Shown: piece after piece, positions 12,521 through 26,790 of the stretch
Layout of the letters: each line of letters starts with the position of its first letter
Position numbering within the stretch: position 1 is the stretch's first letter
DNA from: Raillietiella orientalis
Taxonomy: Eukaryota
Length of the DNA stretch: 64,000 nt
Direction: 5' to 3'
Assembly (NCBI GenBank): GCA_036172245.1
Contig: JAYWIR010000032.1
Span: forward strand, 310,001 to 374,000
Notes under the pieces: generated by a model
The model's input: the letters and a program-made list of their open reading frames with translations, nothing else
Told to the model about the DNA's origin: nothing
The model's database searches: none
Program-made: the position numbers and the translations under genes

Positions 12521-15500
12521 TCAGATACTGTCTCGAGAGATGAGCCGAAAGGAGAGGGCCGATAGCTCGGTGGTGGTGGCGCTTCCTCGCGGCTCGTTCT
12601 CTGGATCTTGAGTCAGCAGTGTATCGGTGGCAGAGGTCCTTGCCACCGGCGCGCCTCCCAGCTGCGATCCCGAAGTGCACGAAACGCGAGAGCGCCGTCG
12701 CGCTCAGCTTCCGAGATTCAGCCTGAATTAAGCTCCGAATGCAGCCATTCGGACACTGCAAGATTTGCTCAAGAGTTTTTAGTGCGATTCTAAAAATGCA
12801 TAATCCAAACCGTCAAAGGTCGGCAGCCATGCTGTTTAAGACGAGTCCTCGTAAAGGTATTTTCCTATCAACTCGTTACCTTGGTACCTCATAAAGCATA
12901 AACGTAGTGGGGTGCACCACTTTGCGCTGGTGTGGATCGGAATTTCAAAGGCTGCTGAGAGATCGAAGACCAAAGAAATGCAAGTGGTTGCACGAACGGG
13001 AGTGCTCCCTAGGCGTGAAGGCACAATGAGGCTCCGCAGTAGTTATCAGCGTCTAGTAGATAAAACAGCATCTCTGTTTCACATGAGAGAAAAGAAAAGA
13101 AAAAAAAAAAAAAAAAAAACGAACGGATTAACGAAGGATTCATCCGGAATGCCTGTGAGTTGGCAGAACTTTCTCGAAGCAGTATTCATGACGAGTGCTC
13201 CATTGAAAGGATGTCTTGGAAGTAGCGAAAATTCGTTCTATTTTCCTTTCCGAATCTCGCGGGGAGGAGAGAGAGAGAGAGAGGCAGAGAGGAAAACTGA
13301 TCTTTTGCCCCCCTTTGGACTGGTCCTCGCGGGGACCACGGTCGATCTGTAAGAACGCTCTGGTTCTCCCCCCCCCCCGCAGAAGGCTCGGTGTTTCTCA
13401 GAATGCTTCTTTGTTCCTCTGATCGATCGACCGTTTCCACCCACCGTTGACATCAGCGAGATTGCGCCAACGTGGGGGAACAATCTATACTTCCTTAATT
13501 GTTCAGCAGCCATCCATAATCACGTGTCACGGAAAAGAAAGCAGTCGACTTCTTCTGCCCGGATCTGCGAGTTTCCGAGATGCGAAGAAAATTTCAAAAT
13601 CCAATTTCCCCGTTCAGATTAGTGCATTCATTCATCACGATCTGCCCCGTCAGATATCTCAGTCTCGATAGATACGGATTCTGGGTCTGATTGCACAACG
13701 GAACGGTGCTGCTGCTGGCGCTTTCGCACTTTGGGAACCTCTCGCGATATCAGGAACCATTCAGCTGCCACGGACCAGCGCGGATTCATCGCTCGCTGCT
13801 TCCGAGATGACTCTCCTAATACAATCCAGCTTCCTTTGCTAACCGTCATGACGAAGGTCCCTAAGCGCTTTCTAATTTCAGATGCTCCGCCATTCTCTCC
13901 GTCGCTCACATGCAAATTCAGGGCAGCCAACTGGCAGAAGAAGAAAAAAAATCGCAAGCGAATTTGGAAATAACGGAAACATCTTGGGGATGAAGCAGTC
14001 TCCAGATTCATTCGCCCAAACCTGTGCTTCAAGTTTGCCGCGGTCCTGCAAGAGACTGACGGAAGAACTTTTTCGTGAAGAGATCAGGACGGATCTCCTA
14101 CGGGGAAAATCGCATTCTTCCGATTCGTTTCATGGCAACTCGTTTCCTTTGCTACGTACGGAGTTCTGGGTACTGCACACTCAGTACTCGAAGGGTCTAG
14201 CTATAGTTACCAATTAGTCACCGAACGCTAACAAGTGCTTTATTTGTCCCCCCTATTCCTAAACAAATGTTCGCATGCTTTGTTCCTCCCTTCCCCCCCC
14301 TCCCTCAAATTCTAACTGCCGTTGCGGAATTCCAGCAACTGGCGAGCCCCCGCGCCCGAATGCAGCCGCGATGCGATGTGGGTGAACGTGCAGCCCTCAT
14401 GCTAGAAGGGGGAGAGGAATTCATGTCGGAAACGAGCGTGAAGCTTTCGCAGAAAGGATGGAGTTTCCTTCAGGGAAAAGGGAGAGGAGGAAGGGATTTC
14501 CATTCATCCGGTGGTCAGTGTTGCTGTGCAATTTTGGAAAGAGCGCAAAAAAAGGAAAAAAGCATACACGCAAGGGAAGCGCTCGAAAAAAGAAAAATTA
14601 GAAATCAGAAAGAATTAGAAAAAGACGCTGACATTTTGGGTGTCTTTCGACCGAACGGAGATGAACAGTTTCCCCCCCTTTCCTCACGAACTGTTTCGGT
14701 TTTATTCTGCTCTTTTGGAGTCTCGCGCCAAACTGCTGCCTGAAGTGCTCTGGTAACCAGGGGAACACGTTCGACATCCTCTTCGTTGTAGTTGCAGCAC
14801 CCCAAGAGCAAATGATGGGATGCTCTGACCAGCACCGAAAGGTTGAGCAACCAGTACTTTTAAATCGGGTGCCACCGCGGGTCCAGGGGAGACGGGCACG
14901 GTTGCTCGGAAAGGCATTTCGGTAGTAGCGCCCGCAAAGAGTGCATTGGAGTTGAGCAGGAAGTGCAGGGGCACCTTCCATGCCGATCGCCAGGTGCAGC
15001 AGGAGGTGCTGCTGCTGCTTCATCCACCGATGAGCGAACGATGCGACGAAAATGCTGCTTGGAACGCTTCAACGACATCCATCTGCACGTGTTCTTTTAA
15101 CTCTCGCACCCTTGAAGGTCCTAACTGTTCATCCCATAAAAATTTCCTTCATTGACGAAGCTCTCGATCCGATTCTTATCTCAAACAAAAGCAACAACGA
15201 CACCTAAGCGACAAAAAAAAAAAAAAAAGACTTTTGCCAGTTGATAGAGAGATAGCAGTACCTTCGGTGGGACCAGCTGCAGACGGGCTCAAAGTCAGAA
15301 GATTTTGTGTGATCCTCACGGAACCCGAATCACTTCATCCTGGACCCTGAGAACAATCAAAGGGTTGTTTTTTCCTGCCCGATTTCCCGAGAGCTGCCTT
15401 TGTCACGGGCGGTGTTTTCCATCCGACGTTCCTTTGAAGATGAAGGCACTGTTATTTGAATTCGGGCAAGCGCCACGTGAACGTGGTGGACCCTTCCAAC

Positions 15501-16692
15501 TGTCTCAAGAAAAACAGAACAGCTGTTCTCATTTCGCGTTCCATGTCCGTTCTCAGTTCTTTCAGATTCACTTTGCCCGCAGGCAATGATTTCCCCTGAA
15601 CCGTGCTTTCATCATCTCCAAGTCATCGCTACACATAATCTGTCTCCCTTCCTGAAAATCCGGGAAAAAAAAGTGCAGGAAAATGACAAAAAGGTTTCCT
15701 CAGACGGTTTCCTGAAGTAAGAATTGATTTACGATGATGGCCCATAACGATGCGACAAGAGTTTCGGAAGGGCAAAGATACACCAAGGGCAGCACTTTTT
15801 CCTGAATGACACTGATTTTTCGTCATTGCTCGTAACTCCTACCTTCAAGCGATGTGATAGCTGGTTTTATGGGTAAGAAATTGGAATTATGAAGTGACCG
15901 TCTGTTGTATCACTGCAACTGCTCCTATATGATGCTGAAATTGCCCAATTGCAAAAAAAAAAAAAAAAGCACATACTGAGTGAGCCCACTGTGATTTACG
16001 AGCGCTCTGGAGAAACGGCGTACGGTTAAAAAGCCGAACGCTTCCCTTGCCGACAGTCGGCGGAGTACCATGACAACGGCGATCAGCCCTGGGAGATCAG
16101 CTGATCACGGGAGTCACATGGAGGCACTTGAGATTTATCACAATACTTTCACAACTGACATGGTCTTGGAGAATGAACGATCCATCCCTTTCATTGCGTA
16201 TGCATGATCACTTAGTGTGATCTCTAGGCGGCGGTGCTCTGTCGAGGATGAGAGCAAAAAGGAAGACAGCTCGCGTGTTCCTCCGGTTCGGATGTGCTCT
16301 TCTCGAGAACGCAAAGGTGGTTGTTTCGGAGTGGGCGGTGTGCATGTCTGGGGGTTGAAGGGAGTGTCGTTAAGGCTTCCTCTGGAGTTGCTGCTCGCAG
16401 GAAGACTTTCAGCAGATGCGTTGATGCATCTCAGAAAGCTCCTCAGGAAACTCTTCCTGCAGGTACATAGCTTTTGTTCCAATGTGTCAACGCTTGCGGC
16501 TTCTGCGGGGACAGCCGAGATGTTAAAAATCAAATACGTATGGAGATTGCTGCTGACCATGCGCATGCGCACATCTTTAATGCGAGAAACGGCTTCTGCT
16601 TCGCATCTCATTTTGCTGCCCGCTGAGAAGAACGCGGTATTCACAAGTTCAAGGGATCTGCTCTTGCAGGCAAGACTTCTTCGGGATGCTTG

Positions 16693-17868
16693 GGACCTTC
16701 CGGAAAATGGTGTAGAACGTGGTTTCCCAGGCAGCGTGCGATGCAGTTGGGCTTTGCGATGCGCAGAAATCGGATTTAGGAAGCAAGCGGTAACGGAAGC
16801 TCACAGGTTTCAAGGAAAAATGCAAATGTTCCCTGCCTCGCCTTAACACCTTGCTGCAGGCCATCTTGCCGCGGCAAACCTCCGCGGAACCAGATTGCGA
16901 AATTCAGAGTACACCCTCGGATGTCTCCTTTGTTTTCAAAGCACGCCCGTCAACCGCTTCCATGTGCTGAATCCTCTAATCGCTTCTCTGTGCAAACTAA
17001 AGAGCTCTGTAGAGATTCTGATGCGGGCCTCCATCCACTGAACCCGTTCGAGTTCAAGCTAGGGAGGAAGCAAGTAGTTAAGAGTCATCGAGCTCAGTAG
17101 ACTGCGGCCGAGTTCACTTCATCCAGTTTAGGCTGTCCTGGTTAGCTCAATCCCGCAATCAAACGCCCGAGGGCGTTTCTGAGAGCGATGCTCTGCAGAG
17201 GCCGATACGACTTCCGTACGGACGGTGCAAAAATGCCGTGCGATCGCGGATGGACAGTGCATTCATCATCGGAAGCCTTCAGCAAGACAGCGCTGCTTTC
17301 TTAGTTTTGTAAAGCGGAAGAAAGCGAATGGCCAAGTGCCGGGTTCAGGGACGTAATGGGGATGGATACAGGAACGAACCAACGGAGCTGTTTGGATAAA
17401 CAAGGAAAGGCTACTGCACGAGTCAAGATCTGGATCCCGTCCCCGGAGCAAATGGCCACATAATCCGAGCTGAGGAGCTGCAGTAGAAAGGGATCGTTCG
17501 GCACGTCGGCCGAATCATGCCATACAGAGCTTAGGAACGCGAAAGCACGCTCGAGGAACGGTGAGCGATGGACACGCATGCTCACGTTTCTCTGCGGGAG
17601 TTGCGTGCTTGGTCCATCAGGCGAATTTTGACTGATTCTGAGCCTCTTGTTCTTCTTTCCATCTCTTGCGTTGCATCTCTATCACCAGTGACTGGGTTGC
17701 TTCCACTGGGGGGTTTCCGTTACCGAGGCGCCATATTGGTCATCTGGTGCAAGGCGTGTTCATTTGACGTTTTCTAGCTTCCTGAATTCAATTTCTGCGC
17801 ATCGCAAAGCCCAACTGCATCGCACGCTGCCTGGGAAACCACGTTCTGCACCATTTTCCGGAAGGACC
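16693..17868. repeat. 92-bp inverted repeat pair (16693-16784 / 17777-17868) with ~1 kb spacer
   Basis: CCTTCCGGAAAATGGTGYAGAACGTGGTTTCCCAGGCAGCGTGCGATGCAGTTGGGCTTTGCGATGCGCAGAAAT present on both strands; about 5 mismatches by manual count. Confidence 0.92.
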
Positions 17869-18849
17869 GAATTTCCACGCCCATGTCCGGATCGAAACTT
17901 AATTTTCAAAGGGCTTTGATTTCGGTGGTCAGTCTTTTCCTTGTATGCGGAATGCTCATGTCTCCCACTGCCGACCAATAGGTTTCTATGAATTTTTTGC
18001 CATGCATTTTCGTCTCCTATCTCAACGCTGGGATCCCGTGTTACTCGTTTCCAGCTCCCGCCGCTAAGCTTCATCCTTGGATCCCTCCTCGGAAACAACA
18101 GCCCAAGTTATTTTGTGGTAACGCGCACACACTTGTCCAGTATTGCGTATGTGTGTGTGTGTGTGTTTCTTTTCAGAAAAGCTGCAAGAATGCTTCCAGC
18201 ATTTTCAGCTGCTTTCCTTAAGTGACGTGAGGGCAAAAACGAGCTCTGTTAAGAGACAGAGGGAAAAAGAGATGGGAAAATCGGAACTCTCCAAAGCAAG
18301 AAACGTGCACAACTTACGGTCAGTAACGCAGAACTGAGGATACAAGCGACTGCCTATTCACGAAAATGTATCTGCGATCTCGATTTATAGCGTGGATGGC
18401 CGTCAGCGAAGGCATGAAGACTCTTCTTGCATAGACGCCTTACTAGTCGATCAAATTGGAAGCTATCGACGGGAGAGTGATGGAGAAAACCGCAGCCGAA
18501 GACGGCTTTGGAAACTCTGCATCAAGGCTTGAAGCAGAAAATGGCGACGTTGAAGTAGAAGGGGGGGTCGCCTGAAGAAGGGGTGGCTTCTTTAGGAATT
18601 GCTTCTTCGAAATCGTTCAGACTCTGGCGATCCATCACCTAACCAAACCTGGCCTGATCAGACCTGACCTGAGTTAATTTGACCTCGTCTGAAGGTCCGA
18701 TTCACATCTGGCGACATTTGGAGGGTAGCTAGTACCACCTCACAATCAAGTGGGCCCTACTCAATGTCACCCACGGACCTTCATTTACGCGGCCAGAAAT
18801 GGGAGGAGGAACTTACATAACTTTCACGGTTTTTTAATTTCCTTTGCAT

Positions 18850-19790
18850 CGGATCGAATTTGAACTCGAAGCCACCGAAGAGGCTTGCAAGCGATTCACT
18901 GTCATCACGGGGGCAGATGCCAAGGTGTTTCCTAAGCCTCGAACGATCTTAAGGGTGTCGAGATTTCGATTCCCGAGACTTCAGCCAGGAACTCCTGCGC
19001 CCTGTTCCTCTGGTGCTTTTCCTCTGGAGCGAGAGACACTCGCACACCCACAAACAAGGAGCACCAGTGGACCGGTCGGGGCGCTGGCCAGCAGGGTGCC
19101 CCAAGGAAGGGACAACACAACATAAAGGAGTGGGAAAAAACGTGTTGCCTGCTCACGTGCGAATGGGGGATGTGGTGCGAAAAGAAGGGGGAAAGTTATC
19201 CATGTCAAAGTTCTTTGCCTGCGGGCGCGAGGTACCGTCGCAGGCATCCCAGGAAAAGCTTTCAGCAGGTTCTTATCCCACGAAATGCTGGTCACTTCAC
19301 CTCTTTTTAATCTTCACGTCTTTCTGGCTCACGTTGGCTGCACTGATGCGATCTCAGTCGGCAGAGTGCCACCGCCGAGAGCGCTGCTCAAGAGAGCTTG
19401 GCTCGAGTGTTCCCAAGGTTTCCATCTTACAGGGACAGAGTGAGGTCGGGAAGAACGCTCTTCATTTTCTCATCAGCCGGAAGTTCTTCGAGCTGCGTGT
19501 GCCAAAAGAGCACGCTTGCGATGTGCTGATGGCGGTCGCGGCGACGTCCGCTCCGCTGCTGTCAGAGGCGAACGTGCCGCGGACCGCCCAGGTGTGGGCG
19601 CTCCGTGACAAACGGCGCCTGTCCGAAGCCGAGGGCGATCCGTGACGGCGGGAAGGCGAGTCGGAGCAAGCTCGTCCTCCCTTCCCTTCCCCCGTGACTC
19701 GGGGAATCCGAGCGGGGAAAGGACGAGCAGGAAGTTCCCGCCCGAGATCAGGAAATCGCAGAAATTCTGGGAATTCGTCTTGCGAATACG
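18850..19790 (-). mobile_element. Decayed LINE unit (APE remnant onward); distal boundary uncertain
   Basis: FLISGGNFLLVL (~19735-19760) resembles APE GGDFN; abuts the 3' end of the next unit. Confidence 0.4.
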
Positions 19791-19794
19791 ATGA

Positions 19795-20996
19795 TCCGTA
19801 GGCCAAAAAAAAAAGAAGGGGGGGTTCTTCTGGGAAGGGACTGCCCCTCCCAGCAATGTCGATACGTCTTCCCCTCCCCCTCCCCTCCCCAGGTCCGTTT
19901 TCATTTTATCTTCAGGAATTTTGCGATAAGAGCTGCTGGATGTTGATGGGGAGGAGGAGGAAGGGAGGGGTGGGAAAACAAAGGAAATCGAAAACAGAAG
20001 AGCTGAGGATCGTCGCGTTTCCCCCTTTATCGTCCGAGATAACGCACGGCGAGCTTCAATTAATCTTCCGCAAAGCCGGGCTCTAGGAAGTTCCTCCCGC
20101 GCAGGAGGGAGCGCCACATGGTCCGAAGACGAAAGAAGGAGGGGGGGAGGGGTTGCAGCATCGGAGGGAACTTTCGCGGCGGCAGTCTCTGTTGCTGCCA
20201 CCGCCGGGCGACGTCCTGGGGTTGCCGACCGGAATCCGCAGGGTCGTGAGAAAACGTTGCCATAGGGACCGGAGAGCAACGTAAGAGGGTGCCGAAGGGA
20301 TTCTCGTTCTCTGCGCCGAGTCTGGCTCGCGCTACTCCGTGTCCAATAATGTCGGCGGAAGTTGCAGGGAAGACCCCAGTGCAACAGCAAAAAAAAAGGA
20401 CTCTTCCTACTTCGTGGGGGGGGGGGGGGAGGGGAAGGGTGCTGCTCTTCAAGAGCACTGGGGTCTACTTATCGCTAGGAACTGAGCAGCTCGTCCCAGC
20501 TTTGAAGCCCTCCTGGAAGGGCATCCGGGCTCGTAGCATCCACCAGCTACCCAATGGTTCAATCATTCATTTCCTTCTTCCTGCCTGCGATCTCACGAAA
20601 GAATTTCCACCTCACCGGTTGGCTACTACCACTACCCTTCCTCAAGGAGGGCGACTCCGCAGCAAGGGGGAGGGCCGGCTCCTCTAACTCGCTCGTGCCG
20701 GTACTCTCCTGGATCTTCCGCAGCGCGCGACAATCGTATATGCCGAGGCGCAGGCAGTCCCGCGTCTCCCAGATGGGTTCCTTCATCTTCGCCCACGTGC
20801 CGGCTGTTTCTTCTAGCCAGGTTCCCAAGTTGGCGGGGCAGCAGACCATTGAGCCATTCTCCTCGCCACGGTGTCCTTCTGTCCAGGGAAGAGCCCACAT
20901 CTTACCACCTTTGGTTCCGACAGCACGGCTGGGGAAGAGATGGACAGGAAAGCACCAGGGAATGCTCCAGGGCTTCGCTGCAATGCTCTCCACCGC
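19795..20996 (-). mobile_element. Decayed LINE unit, ORF2 C-terminus plus 3' UTR
   Basis: LLHWGLPCNFRRHYWT..ERESLRH matches FLHWGLLSRARLSHWT..ERETFPH; pyrimidine-rich UTR at 19800-20030. Confidence 0.7.
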
Positions 20997-23073
20997 AGCT
21001 GGATCTCTTATCCAGCTACAGGACGGGAAGCCGAAATCGCCGTCCTGGAGCGGAGCGAATGGACTTTTGGTTTGGCTTTTTGGGAGAAGGAAAAAAAAAA
21101 AGCCCGAAAGAAAACAGCGAATGCAAAAGAACCCAAAAGGATTTCTAATGAGAATACAGCCGGGAATCTTCTGCCTCGGGTGCAGGAAGGGATCACTGTT
21201 TGCTGGCGGAGATCCTCTGCATCCTTTCGAAGATGCCGGAAAGCTTGCTTTTCGGAGCTGTTCAGGTGGGCCATCTCGTTGCTGTCCTCAAAAATCGGAC
21301 GGCAAAGTGGATGGCATCCCTCTTGCTTTGTCCTCCTCTTGTGTCGCCAACCCCGCGTACGCAACAGAGAGCTTCAAGAAAGGTTGCCGGCCGAAGAGCG
21401 TCGCGTAGGAGGAGGGGTCTTACAGTGTCCCTGGTGTTGCCTCCTGGGATTCTTAGGGTCGCGACAAAGCGTTTCCAGAGGAGCCGGAAGGCAACACAGT
21501 CCACAGGCAGGTGCAGGAAGGATTCACTCTTCCCTCACCCCTGGGTCCAATGATGTTTGTGAGAATTTCACGGAAGGTTTCAGTGCAGCAGCAGCAGCGC
21601 CGACTCCTGCCACTTTAAGGGGAGGATGTGTCCGTCCAGAGACACTGGAAGCCACTGCAGATCTTCCGCCGGAAGACCCAGTAGTTCTCTTTAGTGCAAA
21701 AGTCCCCGAGGTGGGGCACCCGGGGTTGCAGCGTCCGTTAGCTGGCCCGTCGCCCACTCTCCTAGTCCTTTTCTCCTTCCGGAGATGCTCACAGTAACCT
21801 CCTATCTAGCCGTAAGGCTGTTGCCTTCAAATTCCCTGAGGGAGGGCAGCGCTGCGGCGAGGGTGGTTCATGCCCACACACTCTTCATGGGATGTCTCAG
21901 GATCTCCCGGAGAAGTTGTCATGGGAACAGCTCAGCAAATGCTGCGTCTGTTCTGGACACGGCTGGATGTACTGCGCGCACGGGCGAATGGTTTCCTGCA
22001 ACCAGACGCTGCCGTTCGCGGGGCGGCAGGAGATCCTGCGGATGTTCTTTCTGGTGAATGTGGCCACCCTCCGAAACTGCGATCCTCAGTGGGAGATGCT
22101 TCAGCGACGGCTCGCAAGGATGGATGCGAGTCCTCTGCTTCCGGTGGCCCGCTCAACAAAGAGGAGCACGGGGTTGCACCAGGTGGTGCTCAACATCCTC
22201 TCCACGAGGGTAAATGTCCTGAATTGAAGCTTTAGCTCCAGTCGCTTCAGCTTCCTGCAGTGACACCATCTGAAAAGATGAGCGAATCGGGGAGAAGAAT
22301 GCCACGCATACGGACCACGTTCTTCCACGGTGGGTGGAAGGGAAGCGAACGCCTGCGACGGCGTTGAGGAAGGGCGATACAGGAAGGAGGGTGGGCACAG
22401 CGGACTGACTTCCCTCTCGCCCTCTGGAGGGACGCAGGTATCCGTCTGATTGCTGATGGTGCACACGTGGATTCTCCCGGAGTGACGTCCAGTTCCTACG
22501 GCACTAGGTATCTCCTTTTTCCTCCCAACTATTTTTGTTTGGAAGCGGAGAGAGCACGGAGTGGAGGAAGGCGCGGCGTGAGATGCACAGCTGTCACTCC
22601 GGCGCCGGCACGGGTGCCGGTTCGCAATGGTTAGCTTTCTTCCCACACGTTTCGGACTGCGGGATTCCTCCTCATCTTCTCAAATACGGAGCGTCCCTTC
22701 CACTCTCTTCGGATGGGCGCACGGTCCCCGAGAGTCGAGAGAGTCAGCTGAAGTCCCGGACTGCCGAAAGAACCTGCACGTTGCGTGGGAGCGCGAGATC
22801 TCGTGCTCGAGGGATGGCGTATTCCTCCCCTTCGGTTCTCCCCAGTGTCTTTCCACCCCTTCCGCCGAAGAGCCCAGCACGAACGGGGAGCATTCTCCAG
22901 CATCAGTGGCCCGTGACTGCATCGTGATCTGCCCTTCCTCCCTCCTCCTGCCAACGGCTGCGCTTTGAGTGCCTCAATCATCTCGAGCGCGCGTCTCCCG
23001 AGCTGAGCGGTCGGCAGGTCCGTTCCGGATGAAAGCGTCCCTCGTCCTGGCCGGGGCGTCTTTCGCGGGTGAG
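20997..23073 (-). mobile_element. Decayed LINE unit, 5'-truncated within RT
   Basis: RPLLLRDALRPATFLEALCCVRG...RDAIHFAVRFLRTATRW is a clear match to the end of ORF 57630-59018; 21610-21930 is closely similar to 32120-32440. Confidence 0.85.
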
Positions 23074-26000
23074 GTTTCTCGCTCTTCCACGCGGGTGCGT
23101 TTCTTCGATGAAAGAAAAACCGGTCGGGATCTCGGTTCCCAGACGAAGACAAAGAGAGTCTGAGGGGAGGAACTACCGACACGCAGATCGGGACATCTAC
23201 GAGTCTGGAACGGGAGGGAAGGGAGGGAACTGTAAGTGAATAAGAGAATGGGGAGGGAGGGTCTTTGGTTAGTCCCGTTTCTTATAGAAAAGAAAGAAAA
23301 CCGGGAATAATCCGGAAAAGGTGGGAGAGGGACGAAAAAATCAATAAATAAGGAGGTGGATGGGGACGAGGGTTTGCGGTTTTGGCCACCCCCTCTTTTT
23401 TCTTTGTTTCGGTAGGCGCTGAGTGCCGCCGATATCTGCCTCGACTTCTCTTCCAGGTGAGGCCACCATGAAGCCGTCCTCACGCCGGCGGCCTTCCTTC
23501 GCTGTGCCTGAGTCTCCAGCACGTGGCGGGCCGTGACGATGGCGCGGATGCAACCAGTGAATGCGATCGCGCAATCCGCGCCCATCAGTAGTCCTCCTGG
23601 CTGGTCCTCCTGGCAGCAGATCACGGGCGCAGGAGAGCTGATGCCAGCCTCCTCCGCCACAGTTCTTAGAGGGCAACGCAGTCCAAAGATCGATTCCACC
23701 GATCCCGCACCTGACGCAGTTCGGAGCGGAGCTCCCCCGGAGGCGAGATGCCAGCGCTGGCTCCCACGGTGCCGAGGCAGCAGCCTCTCACGCTTCCAAT
23801 GTAGAAGAAACGCCGAGGCGTTTCAACACATGAGAGGGCGGGGGTGCACTCAACAGCTGGCTCGAATGAGTCCCGCCGTCAGGGTACGCGGAGTGGCAGC
23901 ATCCGCCAACTCTCGCGTCTTCCAGCCGCCGGGGAGATTTGTCTTCCCTGCGCTGGTTCCAGGAAAACTCCCATCTCGCCGGCAGGCAACTGCCGACTCC
24001 TTCACTGAGAGAAGACAGTGCTATGGCAAGGGTCCTCAACTTCTTTGGATCCTGCAGTACTTTTCTTAAAGGATTGCTGAGGAAGAGCCGCAGAGGACGA
24101 AATTTCTCTGGACTCATTCCTTGGAACGCTGCCCAGGACACGGCTGCCTCCTGCCTTCAATCAGTAGAGTCCAGAATGGAGCAGGAGATTATGGATGGGC
24201 ATATAGGAGGGAGACGACCCTCGCATGAAGGGGAGCCGAATCCCCGTATCCTGCGCCAGAAGCGCGGCAGCAATGGTAGGAGTCCTTCGCTTCCGACGCA
24301 GAGCCGACGAATGAGACGTGCTGGCGCACACAACGAGGAAGTTCACTGCTTGGAGCAAGGTGCCAGCATTCGGAGCTGTAGGGATCGGTGGCTCCGCGTC
24401 GGGGATGCCGGTGTAGGAGCCATGGGAAAGCTGTAGTCCTATTCTCACCCGCTTCCTCAAGCGGAGCAGCCAATCTCCCAGGAGCAAGCTGGGATTTCTC
24501 TTTCCCCGCAAGTGACACTCCAACAGAGCATGGGGTGTGCAAAGTGAGGGAAGGGGGAGCAGCACGACTCGCCAGAAGATCAGGCGGCAGCAGAAGAGCT
24601 TCTTGGCGCAGACGGCGGCGCGAGTGAGTGAAAAAGGGAGGCGAAGTGGCGACGCAAGTCGAGTGCGGGAGTTCCGTTCCGAAATGACCTTCGTTTTTTC
24701 CCGAGACACCTGCCGGTGGTCTCCTGATCTGCAAGTGAATGCACGCGAGGTGAAAAAGCTGCCTCCCCCTCACGGCGAGACGTCTCCGATGAGAAAACCT
24801 CATGGACTTTTGCACAGGGGCGTGCTACTGGGTATTCCGGAGGAAGACCTGTAGTAGTCCCCAGTGCTCATGAACAACCGCACCCTTTCCTTGAAGCGGC
24901 AGGAGTCAGTATTGATGCTGCTGCAATGAGATTTCCTATGTAACACTGAACACGGGTGTGTGTGGATCCAAACTGTTGCAGGTGCGGGAAGCGGGAATTC
25001 CTTCCGCACCTCCTAGTGGACTGTATTGACTACTAGTCGCTGCAGCAGTGTTCCCTTGTCCGACTCCCAGGAAGAGCGAAGGAAGAGAGGACTCCCCGAA
25101 GTCTTCGCAGCTTCTTCGGCTCGGCTTGCTGGCCGAACTGCAGTCCTCGAAGGAGCTTTCGCTTCGGGCGGCGACCCATTCGAACCTCCTAATGCGCGCC
25201 ACGGGATCGTCCTTCATCGAATTGACGTGGAACCCGCCCGGTAAAGGGTCACCCCAAGAGGGGAAGTGTCTGCTACCTTGACTGTCTTCGAGCTTCCTCA
25301 GACGTCTCCTTCGGTGGGATCTCCTGGTGCTTTGCTCTCTCGGCAGACCAGGGGGCAATGTGGACGTCTCTCCCCAGCTCGGGCAGTCGTCTCGCTTCCA
25401 GTTTCTCCGGCACTTTGCCGTCAGTCGAATCCCACACGCGCCGGGAGATCCCACCATGGGAAGATGCGTCTCTTGAGCGGTTGTCTCAATGATTGCCATC
25501 CTTTCCTTTTATACTCCTCACTTCACATGTCCCAGCTAGAATGTTGGATGCTCTTTCGATGTGCCTCTCCTATCTCCTGGAGATCTTCGGCTCTCGCTGC
25601 ATCTTTCAGTTGCCAGGATCCTAGAGGTTCCACTCTTACGGTGGCAGCCACTCCTTTGGAGGCGAGCGGAGAAGTGAGTCCTGGTGTGATCACATTTCCA
25701 CCGCCTCTGGGTGTCAAACCTGGGATTCCTCTCGGGAATGGGCTGATTGAGAACCAACATCTGCTGATTGTTTCCCGGCGGCTCTATTAATGAGGGGCTG
25801 CCGGTCCGTCTTATCTTTCATCGATGGTAGTTTCATGGCTGATCCGCCGACGGCGCATTCGTGGGGGTGGTTCCTTCATAGCCGCTGATTGCAGGTCGAC
25901 TCGCTCATCGGGATCACTGTTGCCTCTTTCCTCGTATCCGTAGAGGCAGCTGCCACCTTCCACAGTCACAAGAATAATCAAGATGGAAGGGCGTGGTAGG

Positions 26001-26790
26001 TGAGTCCTCCGCCGCACTCAGACGGGATTCGGATCTCATGCGAGATATGCTGATACGGGAATCAGGGATCAGAGAAATAAGGGATAGACTCGACCGTAAC
26101 CGGTGATAGCATCCCAGCTCGTATTTCTCTTCTCTCCTGACCGCTGAAGACCATGAACAGACACTTTCTGCTGGTTATCAGGATCGTTAGGGAGAGCTCT
26201 GCTCTTGGAGTCACTGACCCGGAAGACGTAAACTCCAAAGAGTCTTTGACGCTCTGAAGAGTGACTCTCCTCCTCCTCGAGGTGGCCGAATGCCTGTCTC
26301 TTCTTAAAGGAGAGTGTGGTTTGCCGGTTGTGGATCTCCAGCCCCGAACAATGTCAATCCCTTACCACGATGGAGGAAAGCTTGGAACTGTCCGGGCTGC
26401 GTTTCAAGCCCCGGCGGGATTGAGTGCCAAGGGACAACTTTGCTACTCACGAAGTCGTGGGCATCTTAGAGATAGCTTTCTTCATCCTTGGTCCATGTTC
26501 GGACAGCGTGGAGCGCCTCGAGCATAAGTGTCCAAGGGCTCTTCTGGTTTCATGGTCGATGCGCTGATGGCGCATGAGTGCCTTTTTTTTTTCCTGTACC
26601 CGCGCGCCCGCTGCCCTTGCGACCGGCGCCAACGCCTGCATAGGCAGAGACGTCCCACAGGTGAACCTACAACCTGAGGATCGAAGGTGCTGGTCAGGGC
26701 CCCTTGGGTGCGGACGTGCAATCCGGATGCTGAGCTGGCGGCAGTCGCAGCCACAGCAGGTCGACACGGCAGTTCATTTCCTCGGAGGCC
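23074..26790 (-). mobile_element. Decayed LINE unit (ORF2 plus 3' UTR)
   Basis: FLLHWK..LPRHRGSQRWHL..PNCVRCG (zinc motif) at ~23700-23820; VRTASWWPHL; CT-rich UTR; terminal motif at 23074-23105. Confidence 0.7.

Noticed and set aside
17210..17265. FRTDGAKM as a hAT transposase catalytic motif inside the 92-bp inverted repeat
   Set aside because: It is a single short motif with no supporting ORF, no 8-bp TSD and no hAT-type termini.
19790..19812. U2 snRNA-like target sequence for a Keno-type Tx1 element (TTTTGGCCTACGGATCA on the minus strand)
   Set aside because: The match is short, gapped and not repeated at other junctions.
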